From Blepharisma stoltei ATCC 30299 (lineage: Eukaryota > Protista > Ciliophora), in contig CBFDEM010000039.1 in assembly GCA_965603825.1 (NCBI GenBank), forward strand, positions 1 to 64,000: a DNA stretch of 64,000 bases, written 5' to 3'. The position numbers were made by a program, and so were the translations under genes. Below are positions 23,305 to 34,265 of the stretch, piece after piece. A model generated the notes under the pieces. The model was not told the origin of the DNA. It worked only from the letters and a program-made list of their open reading frames with translations, and made no database searches. Numbering within the stretch: the first letter of the stretch is position 1; each line of letters starts with the position of its first letter.

Positions 23305-26300
23305 TTAGCAATTTCAATAAATGTGGGATGCTCGGCATTGAAAAAGCAGAATTTCAATACTAAAAACAAGAAATAATTTAGTGAAAGGCTTTCGATATTT
23401 AATTAGCTTTAAGTTAGTTAGCACAGACCAGCGTAAAGCATAAAAAATCTGTTTAAGGTTGTATAGATAAATTTTCGAAACTATTTATTACCAGGCTTTC
23501 TCTAGGTCTAAAAGTTGCTAATTTTATAACATAATTAATATAAAATGGATAAATTGAGCCTTTTGGAGCCACTGCTTGAAAAAAAGCAAGATTCACCGAA
23601 ATTAAGTTTTCAAACGATGCAAACTTCTGTATCAATGCCTCAGATATTTCACAAAAACGAAAGTGAGCCAGAACTTTTATCCCTGAAGCAAGCAGTTTTT
23701 AATATTTCTTCGGAGTTCGAAAAAAAGCTGCCTCATGCAATCAATATTCCTTTCTGTGTGGAGGAAATGATGTCATTTTCAGATGAAATCCATTACTTAG
23801 TTTCTACTACTAAAGGTAATATTCTTTACTTTAATGCTGTAACTCAGCACTTCGATGAAAAAAATTTTCAGCTGGCTCTTTCTCAATTGTTGTTTTGGAA
23901 AATGAAAGAATTGTTTATTTTTCAAGGGAAAATGAAATTTTCTGCATTAGTATCCCTTCTCTGGAGTTTAAGTCATTTCGAAAGTTTGAGGTTAAGCGTC
24001 GAGTTTGTTTAAAAAATTCTTGGGATAAGAAAAGTTTAATTGCTCATTTTTATGATGAAATTGCTTCGATAAGCTTTTCTAATCCAAAGGAGAAGTAAAA
24101 ACGTTGGTTTCAGGCAAGTTTACCAAAATTGATATATCAAATACAGGCTATTTTGCTCTTATTTCCTCTGAGGACAGGCTAGTGCTTTTGTCTCCTGAAA
24201 GCGAGAAAATTGCTGAAGTAGCGATCGAACCAAAAAGTATTAAACTGAAATTTTCGCCTCAATTATCGATGATTATTATTAGCTACGTCGAAAAAATAGT
24301 TATTTTAAACTCAGGAACTCTAGAAAAGATTCAAGAGATTTTCATGTCTCAAAATAGATTTGGCACCTTCTCCATGACTAATGACGAAAAATTTATTCTG
24401 TTCCCAAATAGAGAAATCCTACATTTCTACGATTTAAGTAGCTTTAGAGACAGAGAAACAGTGAACGTTGATTTTCAAATAATTTTTATTACACAGAGCA
24501 TAAACAATAGCTTAGTTTTTATTAATGGGGCAAATAGACAGTTTTATGTGTTGGCTTTTCCTGTACTTGAATGAGAAAAGTCAACAAATATTACTAGAGC
24601 CTCTAGATAGAACAAGAATGGTAATCAAGAATGATGGTTATTTCAAGACATGAGACTTTGAAACTGATAAAAAAGAGAATATTATTGAAGTCATGCCAAG
24701 AGGCTGAGAAGTTCAAACAGAGAAAATATTTTTGTCTATTGTAGTTCAGATTATATTTTAGTAAAGTAAACATTCCAACTAAAACAGTCTCGACTATTAG
24801 ACAAAAATGCCTATGAAATGATAGAGTCAGCAGCTTTCACTCCTGATGGAAAATATATTATGACTGGAACTAAAAAGAGAGTGTTTTTATGGGACTTTGA
24901 ATCATTGACTATACTTAAAGAATTTAAAGGCAATGATTCCCCTACTTGAATAATGTGCTATTTGGCTAAGTCAAATGCAATAGCAGGAACGGCTGAAAAC
25001 AATACTGTGAGGGTATGGGATATTGAAGCCACACAAAAGAAATTTCAGTAATTACAGAAAATGTTAATACCTATAGTATGAATATAACTCATAACGAAGA
25101 AATGCTTATTTTGGTGCCTGTTGATTCATCGATTAATATTTGGAAATGGAGAAAGAATATTCGTCTTCATACAATAAGAGGTATTAAGCCGTCAATCGTT
25201 AGAATCTCAATAACGGAAGATGATAAATTCATTTTAGGATATACCCGTGATGGGAAGATTCGATTTTCCAGCTTAGAGACTTTCAATCAAATATGTTGGT
25301 ACAAGTTTGAGAGCATGGTTAATGCGAGCTTTGTTAGCGGATAAAATTACATTTGATATTACTATAATGTTAAAACAGAAATCCTCGGGGAAGTGAAAGA
25401 AAAGAAGGCGGCGACCATTAAGAAAACCCATTAAAAGTAAGCAAAGTCACATGTTTAGGCCCAGGGAATGAATATGAGTACATGAAGTACGTTTGCAAGC
25501 TGTTGTAAGGTAAAGAGGTTATTTATAATCTTGAAATGGATGAAGGGCAATCTTCCCTTATATGATTAACACTTTGCATCTTTATGCATACTGTAACTAC
25601 CCCAATAACTTGAAAAAAGCACTTAAAAATAGCTCCTCAATGATTAATAGCGTTTTCAACCAAAATCCTTTATCAATTGCAATATTAAAAGGATTCAAAA
25701 ATTGCATCAACTCAATCATTCTCTCACTTGATAATTATCTAGTTGTTCACATATATACAAATTCAGAGAGCTTAAGGCTAGGAGGAAAACCATCCAAATC
25801 TAATACCTATAGCTAAAAGCCTGTCTAATCGAAGTAGGAGGGTACAGGCAAAGTAAGAAAATCAGATGCAAGGATGGAAACTCTTTTCATGTGACGTAAT
25901 ATTGAGTGCTCAAGAGAGATCCTTAATTAACTTTGCATCTGTTTCTATCTTAAATAGCTTTGGAAAGTAAAATTTCGCACTAATACTATAATCACTAAGT
26001 AAAGATCAGTTCAACTAATATATTCTTTAGCAATTTCAATATATGTGGGATGCTCAGCATTGCAAAAACAGAATTTCAATACTAAATAAAAGAAATAATT
26101 TGGTGGAAGGCTTTCCATATTTAATTAGCTTTAAGCTAGCCAGCACAGTCCAGCGTAAAGCATAAAAAATCTGATTTAAGGTTGTATAGGTAAATCGTCA
26201 AAATTATTTATTAGATAATAAAAATCGGGCTTCTTTAAAAGCTGCTAATTTTATACCATGATTATTATAAAATGGATAAATTGAGCCTTTTGGAGCCACT

Positions 26301-28190
26301 GCTTGAAAAGAAGCTGGATCAACCGAATATAAGTTTTCAAAAGATGCAAGCTTCTGTATCAACAACCCAGTTATTTCACAAAAATGAAAGTGAGCCAGAA
26401 CTTTTATCCCTGAAGCAAGCAGTTCTTAATATTTCTTTGGAGTTCGAGAAAAAGCTGCCTCATGCAATCAATATTCCTTTCCTTGTGGATGAAATGATGC
26501 CATTTTCAGATGAAATCCATTACTTAGTCTCTACTACTAAAGGTAATATTCTTTACTTTAATGCTGTAACTCAGCACTTAGATGAAAAAAAAATTTCAGC
26601 TGGCCCTTTTTCAATTGCTGTTTTGGAAAATGAAAGAATTGCTTATTTTTCAAGGGAAAATGAAATTTTCTGCATTAGTATCCCTTCTCTGGAGTTTAAG
26701 TCATTTCGAAAGTTTGAGGGCAAGCATCTTGTTTGTTTAAAAAATTCTTGGGATAAGAAAAGTTTAATTGCTCTTTTTGATGATGAAATTACTTCGATAA
26801 GCTTTTCTGATCCAGGAGAATCAAAAACGCTGGTTTCAGGCAAGTTTACCAAAATCGATATATCAAATAAAGGCTATTTTGCTCTTATTTCCTCTGAGGA
26901 CAGACTAGTGCTTTTGTCTCCTGAAAGCGAGAAAATTGCTGAAGTAGCGATCGAACCAAAAAGTATCAAACTGAAATTCTAGCCTCAATTATCGATGATT
27001 ATTATTAGCTACGTCGAAAAAATAGTTATTTTAAACTCAGGAACTCTAGAAAAGATCCAAGAGATTTTCATGTCTCAAAATAGATTTGGCACCTTCTCCA
27101 TGACTAATGACGACAAATTTATTCTGTTTCCAGATAAAGAAGTCCTACATTTCTATGATTTAAGTAGCTTTAGAGACAAAGAAACAGTAAACGTTGATTT
27201 TCAAATAATTTTTATTACACAAAGCATAGACAATAGCTTAGTTTTTATTAATGGGAAAAAAAGACAGTTTTATGTGTTGGCTTTTCCTGTGCTTGAATGA
27301 GAAAAATCAAAAATTATTACTAGCAATGAGCCCCTAGATAGAACTAAAATGGTAATCAAGGAAGATGGTTATTTCAAGACATGGGACTTTGAAACTGATA
27401 AAACAGAGAATATTATTGAAAACAAGCCAGGAGGCTGAGAAGTTCAAAACGAAGAAAATTTTTTTGTCTATTGTTATTCAGATTATACTTTTAGTAAAGT
27501 AAACATTCCAACTAAAACAATTTCGACTATTACCTTAGACAGAAATGTCTATGAAATGATAAGGTCGGTAGCTTTCAGCCCGGACACAAAATATTTTATG
27601 ACTGGAACTGAAAAGAGAGTGCTTTTATGGGACTGTGAATCAATGACTATACTTAAAGAATTTAAAGGGCATGATTCCACTTCCTGAACAATGTGCTATT
27701 TGGCTAAGTCAAATGCAATAGCAGGAATGGCTCAAAACAAAACTGTAAGGGTATGGGATATTGAAACCACAAAAGAAATTTCAGTAATCACAGAAACTTG
27801 CAAAACTTATACAATGAATATAACTCATAACGAAGAAATGCTTATTTTGGTGCCTGTTGATTCATCGACTAATATTTGGGACTGGAGAAAAAATATTCGT
27901 CTTCATACAATAAGAGGTATAGAGCCGCCGATTGTTAGAATCTCAATAACGGAAAATGATTAATCGGACATGATCGCTATTATAACGCGATTTCTAGCCA
28001 TATACTAATAACACTTTGCATCTTTATGCGTATTGTAACTACCCATATCACTTGAAAAAGGCACTTAAAAATGGCTCCTCAATGATTAATAGCGTTTTCA
28101 ACCAAAATCCTTTATCAATTGCAATACTAAAAGGATTCAAAAATTGCATCACCTCAGTCATTCTCTCACTTGATAATTATCTAGTGATTC
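23305..28190. repeat. Tandem duplication: ~23305-25750 vs ~26027-28190, including ~240 bp upstream region
   Basis: Shared upstream sequence TTAGCAATTTCAATA.ATGTGGGATGCTC and shared coding sequence. Confidence 0.9.
23545..25750 (+). pseudogene. WD40-repeat channel gene copy A, 3'-truncated with multiple frameshifts and stops
   Basis: Paralogous to 26272-28190. Frameshifts at ~23865, ~24087, ~24600 and ~25035, with stops after 25340. Homology ends at ~25750, before the TM domain. Confidence 0.85.
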
Positions 28191-29529
28191 ACCCTTATTC
28201 CTTAAAGAATTTGAGCATTGACAGCTTAATCAAGCTCAATCTTTCAAGCTGCGGCTCTTTAGTGACATTTTATCAATCAATATTTAGAAAAGATACGAGT
28301 GAGCACCTCGCCAAATTTTGCTGTAACTCAGCGCAGCTTCCAGTTCAGTTCTTATCAAAAAATATTTACATTGAAAATCGCAATCTTCTTAGCAAAGAAG
28401 CTTTAAAAGAACAAGAAAAGCCTATCGCGTTTATGTCTTCACATATTTTGTTAGACCTGACTTTTGGGTCGCAGAAATCAATTGATTTTCTATATAGCAT
28501 TCATGACTCTCCAAATCCAAATATCATTATGACTTCTTTAATTCAAGATATCATTCGTTATAAGTGAAGAAAAATCAGCTGGGTAATGTATTTTCAAGCC
28601 TTTGTCTATATGCTGTATATGCTCTTGCTTTCTTTTTATGTTCTTTATTTCATTGAAAATGATAGCTTCCTATTCGTTTTGTTCTTTTTAAGCATGCTTC
28701 TATCGCTTTATGAGGTCTATCAGTTCTTTGCTTCTCCGCTGAGTTATATCAAAGACCTATGGAATTATATAGATATTGCACGAACAATTTCTTCAATCTT
28801 ATACTTTGTTATATCTTTAACTACTTCAGCTTCAACCATAACGCGCGAAGTGCTTTCATTTTTAGTCATAATTTCATGGCTGAGAGGAATAGCTTATTTT
28901 AGAGTGTTTTCAAATACAAGATATATGGTAAATCTCATCTCAGAAGTAATTAAAGACATGACTTCTTTTTTAATCCTCCTTTTTTATTCAACTCTTTCTT
29001 TTGCATTTATCTTTTTGGTGCTAGATAACAATAACCCTCAGTTTATTGACTATCTAAAAATATCTTACAGATTTGATGTAGGAGACTTTGACACCGCTGA
29101 TATGAACTCAATGCAGTGGATTTGCTTCTTTTTGGTTTCCATGATCAACATGATTGTCATGCTAAATTTACTTATTGCAATTATGGGGGACACTTTTGGA
29201 AAAGTCCAAGAAAACTACCAAATTGTGACAGCCATGAGCTTTTAGACATGATAATTGAAATTGAAACAATTCTATTTAAGAATAGAGACTTTTTTGATCC
29301 TTGCTACTACCAGATGTGCATTGAAGAAGATACTAATGAAGTGAAGGGCGAAGACCCAGGGATAACTTTATTGAAGAGAAATATCAAAGCTCTCCAGGCT
29401 GAAAATTTACAAATTAAGGAAGAAATTAGCAGTGTTAAAACGCTTGTAGAGAATGGGCAAAAAGAGATGAGAGAAAGCTTTGAAAAACTTTCCCTAGCCA
29501 TTTCTGCTAGGTGCAACGATAAACAATAG
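26272..29529 (+). pseudogene. WD40-repeat + TRP/PKD-like 6TM ion channel copy B, disrupted
   Basis: WD motifs (VLLWD, VRVWD, TNIWD) and a TM domain with DLWNYID, pore YRFDVGDFD and S6 INMIVMLNLLIAIMGDTF. Lesions: TAG at 26980, an internal deletion plus 48-bp insert at ~27961, and a frameshift at ~29227. Confidence 0.82.
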
Positions 29530-29548
29530 TTTATTACCTTAAAATTAA

Positions 29549-31552
29549 TTATTTAAGATTAGTTGCAGACCTACGAAAATCTACCAATGAGCTTTTTCGT
29601 TTTGCTACTCTGACTGGGGAATCAGAGCCTTTGCTTTCTTTAGGTATCATAGTCCCTTGTCTTGAGCTAGTCATTTTTCTTGGTATCGCCATACATGTAG
29701 TAAAAGCAGGCTTATTATTAACAAACACGTCCTGAAGAATTTTTGCTGCTTTTTGTGGAGATACGTCCACTTTTCCTTTTGTCTGCTCATTAACTACTTA
29801 TATCTTACCAATAGTGCTTGCTAATTTTCCCATAAAGGTTTTTCTATTAGGATTAGATTCAGCTTTCTTAATTGCTGCGAATTTTTCTAGCTCAATAACT
29901 GTATAAGCGTCCACAAATTCATCAATTTGCATGAAACCTCCACCAATTCTGATAATAATTTTTCCGTTTTCAATCTTAATGAACACTTTTTTGGATCCAA
30001 AAAGGTAGAGACCTTCATCTTCTCTTACAAATGGGACTTCTAGAGGCTGCTCACGAGAGTTCATATATTCAGCTATAGCAGCATCAACAGGGTCATCTTT
30101 TACCGGAACATATACTGGCCTAGCTTTTTGCATTTCTGCAATCATTTCTCGGAGGATTTCGATTTCTGCTTCTTTTTCTGAGACAACTGAGCATACTTTA
30201 TTGATAGTTCGCTGTTGGCCTAATGCTTGTTCTGATTGGGCTAAAATATGCTCGCTCATACCATCTAGTTCTTTATAGACTTGCTTATGGATATCTAAGG
30301 TAAATTGGCTGACTTGATTTAGTTGATCTTGAATTGCTGAGGAATCATGATGGAGGATTAAGCTTTCTTCTAGCTGAGCTATGTGGGTGTTAAGGTCCTG
30401 TTGCTTATTGTAGGAATGGGTGAGGTCCTGCTTAAGAGAATTTATAGTATCTTCAAGCCTATTATTGTCGCCTTTAAGCAATTGATTTTTATTGAGAATT
30501 TCATTTTTTTCTTTATTTAATTTTGCTATTTCTGCTTGGAATTCTTCACTAATGGCTTTGATTTTTTTATTTAACGATACACATTCCTCTTGGTGCGCTT
30601 TTGAAAGTTTCTCCATTTGGAGTGCTTTATTTTCTTGGTCCTTTAAGTTCAATATTTCTCTATTTTGGCTTTCATTTACAGCTTGCAGATTGATAATTTG
30701 ACTAGCTTTTTCCTGATTAAGTACACTCAGTTCATTGATTGTTTTTTTAGCTGAATTTAGTTCATCTCTTAAATTAGAGTTATCTTTCATCACATTTTCT
30801 ATTTCTCGATCCATTTCTCTTCGTTTTTCATCAAAATCACTAATACTTTTACTATACAAATTCCTTAATTCATTTCTTTTCTTTTCGCCTTCTTTTACAT
30901 TGAATTTCAATTGAGAAATCATTTCTTGCATATTATCAAAATTTCTGCCTTCTGCTTTGATTTTTTCTAGCTCTGCTTTTGTTATTTCTAGCTCACATTT
31001 AACTTTTTCTTCATCTAGGATTTTACGCTTTAAGTTAAGATGCTGTTCCATTAGGGATTCGATAGCTCGGTCTCTTTCTTTTTTCATTTTCTCTAAGCTC
31101 TCATTTTGCTGTATTTTTATTTTTTCAACATCTTCAAGGGTTTCTTTGATTGTTTTATGCAAAATTTCTCGGGCTGAAATTCCTTGTTTGGCTTGCTGGC
31201 TGAATTCTTCAATACGAGTCTCGATTGTTTGGTAGGTTTTTAGTTTTTCATTGAGGCCTAAGATGAGAGAACGGAGGTGTTCAGCTTCTTTTGCAGATGC
31301 TTGGCCTCTGCCTTTGTGAAGTAAGTCTAAATCTAAGGCTAACTCTTGGCTTGTTATATCCGTTGAAATAATTATTTCAGGATGCAGGGCTCTTGCGATT
31401 TCTAGGATAAGAGCATGAGTCTCTTTTAGGTTGCTAAGAGCCTTATGATTTGATGATACTTTTTCTTCATAAATTGTGCAAGACTTGCATGAGTCTAGTA
31501 ACAGATTTTCTGAATCTTTTGAGCCTACTATTGGAACCCTTTCACTAGTCAT
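29549..31552 (-). CDS. Coiled-coil protein with GAS2/GAR microtubule-binding domain (~662 aa; intron 29794-29808)
   Basis: DDPVDAAIAEY...FVREDEGLYLFGSKKVFIKIENGKIIIRIGGGFMQIDEFV is GAR-like. The 15-nt intron GTAAGATATAAGTAG joins the ORF in frame to 29549-29770. Confidence 0.85.
29794..29808 (-). other. 15-nt intron GTAAGATATAAGTAG
   Basis: Removes an in-frame TAA and joins two ORFs. Confidence 0.85.
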
Positions 31553-32028
31553 TATAATTAAAACTATCAAAATAACAACCAATAAGTTCAGATTAAGAAA
31601 AGAATTTTAAAAATTACAATAGAGATTTTAAAGCAAATAAAATGACAAATGCAATAAATTATACTAAAATGAAGAATTTAATAGACTAATTTAAGTATGT
31701 CTCTCAAAAATTTAAAGTCAATAGCTTTGCTTGAGACTCCATGGTATAGGTATAAATATTATTTAGATTTATTGAATTATTACTTTTCAGGCTATTATTT
31801 CATAAGGATTATTCTTTGAAGATTTAAGGACAGATGAGATAAAGGCCAATTTCTATGACCATGAAGGGCTTCGGCTAGTTAAAAAAATTTCGTACTCAGC
31901 GTTTTAAGCTGGATAATAGAAGCGTAATATCTGAGAGTATCGGGTATGAAGCCCACCTAATAAGTAAACTCGCAAATCATGCCAAGCAATTATATAACTA
32001 TTATTAAAGTCTTTTTAATAAATCAGCC

Positions 32029-33090
32029 ATGGACGGGTCATTGGAAATTTTGATGAATTCATTGATTTCTGAGTACAAGCAAGTATTATTAAGAGGATTT
32101 TTCTTCAATTTCATCAATGAATCTTACGAAGAGGTGCTATTCAAAGAACAGCCAAGGATTCACCAAACCCAACAAATCCAAAATTCAAACCCTCAAAGTG
32201 CAGATCCCAAGTTAGACAGCAGACTAGAGCAAGCATTAGAAATGTCTCGAAAAGTAGTTTCAGGCGGCAGAGGCAAAAAAACTCCTGCTCCAGTTGTAAA
32301 AAAGGCTCCTCCTGTGAAAAAACAAGAAATTCCTCAAACCCCAATTATTCTGCCACATTTCCAGTCTAATTTTAGGTTGAACATCCAAGAAGATTTAATG
32401 GGACTATACCAAGAAACCAAATCAAGAACGATAGGTGTCGTTTTTGGCTCTAAAGGAGGAATTGTCCAAGCAAAAAAAGCTGAACTCGCTGCCAAAAAAA
32501 GTTTCTTAACAAATTTAAAAAGTAAATTTCCAGGAGCCCTACAGCAATCCAGCCTTGAGCAGTCCATAGCTGAAACTGCGGCCTCATATCAGCTTTTATC
32601 AGAAATTCGGCGGATCCTTTTAGACAAGCAGCTAATTGAATTATTTAAAAGCTTTATCTTGCTTCCAATCGGAAGATTTAAAATGCCAGAAGACCCAATT
32701 CAGCTTTTCAAAGCTTTTTACATTTTTTCCTGAATCCCTTCCCAGCTAAGTAAAATAAACAGAAACCAATTGAACTACACCAGCCACCTATCTAAGACTT
32801 TTCAGCAGGAATCAGCTCGTTCTCTATCAAATGACCAAATTTCTCGCTTAGAAAGCTTCAAAAGTGAAAAAGGGATCCTAAATAAGCTTATGAAGGCTTG
32901 CACAACTGACGAAATGAATGAAATTATTTCTCAATACAGATCCCTAAACTTTGTATTGCTAGATAAAGAAACCAACAAATTCTTATTCGATTATAAAGAC
33001 ACTGTAAAAAACGTCCACGAGCTCAAAGTTATGCATTCTCTGGTAGCCAAAAACGGAAGGGCCACTTGTACATTGGCTCCGAGTGACTAA
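32029..33090 (+). CDS. Uncharacterised 353-aa protein, possibly TEDC2 (tubulin epsilon/delta complex 2)-like
   Basis: Two track ORFs are joined in frame by TGA at 32731. LEQALEMSRKV, AAKKSFLTNLK and C-terminal KVMHSLVAKNGR resemble remembered TEDC2 blocks; this resemblance is weak. Confidence 0.6.
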
Positions 33091-33135
33091 TAATAATTAA
33101 TTCTCACGTTTAATCTCCATCTTTTTGTCTAATAA

Positions 33136-34218
33136 ATGATTCAACTTTTCTTGAGTCTTTCGTTGGCCTCAGCCTTTTATTATACTGATGACGACCTCAT
33201 TTCAGCCAATCTTAACTGCTTTTCTTATTCTTGCAATAAAAATCTCAATCTTCTCCCTGAAACCTGTGTATTTTACCAAGACTCGAGTTTCTACTTAAAT
33301 CCCTGTGGGAAGATTCCAGGCCTTACTTATTGTCCACCTATAACCCACCGTGGAAACAGTTCTTGCATCCCTCTCCCTCCTTCTACATATCACACTGCTT
33401 GGCCTGGAGAGCCTTGCACAAGCAACTCTACCTGTGCTTATGGATATTGCAACGATGATAACATATGCCAAGGTCTCCAAGCAGCTGATCCTTGCACAGT
33501 TTCAGACGAGTGTGACCCAGGTCTTAAGTGTACTCAATTAGGTACTGGATACAACTGCACTTTATTATTGTCAACAGGAGTTCCATATTCAGAAGGACAA
33601 GGCTGCACAAGTGATTATGACTGCCAGAACTGGGCTGGTTGTGAAAATAACATATGCTATGACTATTTGTCAAGGGAAGAAGCTGAATATGTAAATTGCA
33701 CGCAGCCTGAAAACTTTTTGTGTGCAAGCACTATGTGTGCAGACAATATATGTGTAGGGTTTATCCCATCAGACCAAACTCCCCCTGTGAAATGTGTTTC
33801 TAATGCAAACTGCATCTCCACTTACTACAACACTACCCCAAATCCTACAGTATTTTACTCTGAGTGTGAATGTGGATTTAATCCTCAAGCCCAAGCATAC
33901 TGCAGCCAGTTCCCGGGAGACCCTGCAACCCTAGCCTATCTGAATATTCTAAGCAAATGGCTTTCAAGTGATGCAATAAAGAAATGCCACTCGGTAAGAA
34001 GACTGTCAATGAACTGCATGAAGCACTATTGGAGCCAGAAAAATTACTTGACTTATGCATATAGGTATTATAGCTTGTATAATTACCCACAGATCCAAAA
34101 CAATGACCAGTGTGTCCAAGAAATCTATACAAGTGCTTACTACAATACAGTGACTGAATATAATGATTTAAGCAGTGCATATGTGTTGGCTGCGAGCGTT
34201 GTTTATTTCTTAATTTAA
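33136..34218 (+). CDS. Cysteine-rich secreted/GPI-anchored surface protein (360 aa)
   Basis: N-terminal signal peptide, repeated C-x4/5-C motifs (GEPCTSNSTC, CTVSDECDPGLKC, CTSDYDC), and hydrophobic C-terminal tail SSAYVLAASVVYFLI. Confidence 0.85.
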   Translation: MIQLFLSLSLASAFYYTDDDLISANLNCFSYSCNKNLNLLPETCVFYQDSSFYLNPCGKIPGLTYCPPITHRGNSSCIPLPPSTYHTAWPGEPCTSNSTCAYGYCNDDNICQGLQAADPCTVSDECDPGLKCTQLGTGYNCTLLLSTGVPYSEGQGCTSDYDCQNWAGCENNICYDYLSREEAEYVNCTQPENFLCASTMCADNICVGFIPSDQTPPVKCVSNANCISTYYNTTPNPTVFYSECECGFNPQAQAYCSQFPGDPATLAYLNILSKWLSSDAIKKCHSVRRLSMNCMKHYWSQKNYLTYAYRYYSLYNYPQIQNNDQCVQEIYTSAYYNTVTEYNDLSSAYVLAASVVYFLI

Positions 34219-34265
34219 GGAGGCTTTATTTTATAAGAAAAATTTTAATTGACTAATTAATAGTG

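Noticed and set aside
25751-26026. Filler between the WD40 copies as a MITE or IES
   Set aside because: No terminal inverted repeats or clear direct-repeat boundaries seen.
26980-26982. TAG readthrough (Condylostoma-like ambiguous code)
   Set aside because: The paralog has TCG, the copy has other lesions, and no other in-frame TAR was seen outside introns in intact genes.
31698-31910. Possible small gene (MSLKNLKSIALLETPW...)
   Set aside because: No consensus 15-nt intron gives a convincing protein and no family is recognisable.
32075-32095. Possible GC-AG 15-nt intron GCAAGTATTATTAAG
   Set aside because: Non-canonical donor, not required for the frame, and untestable without RNA data.
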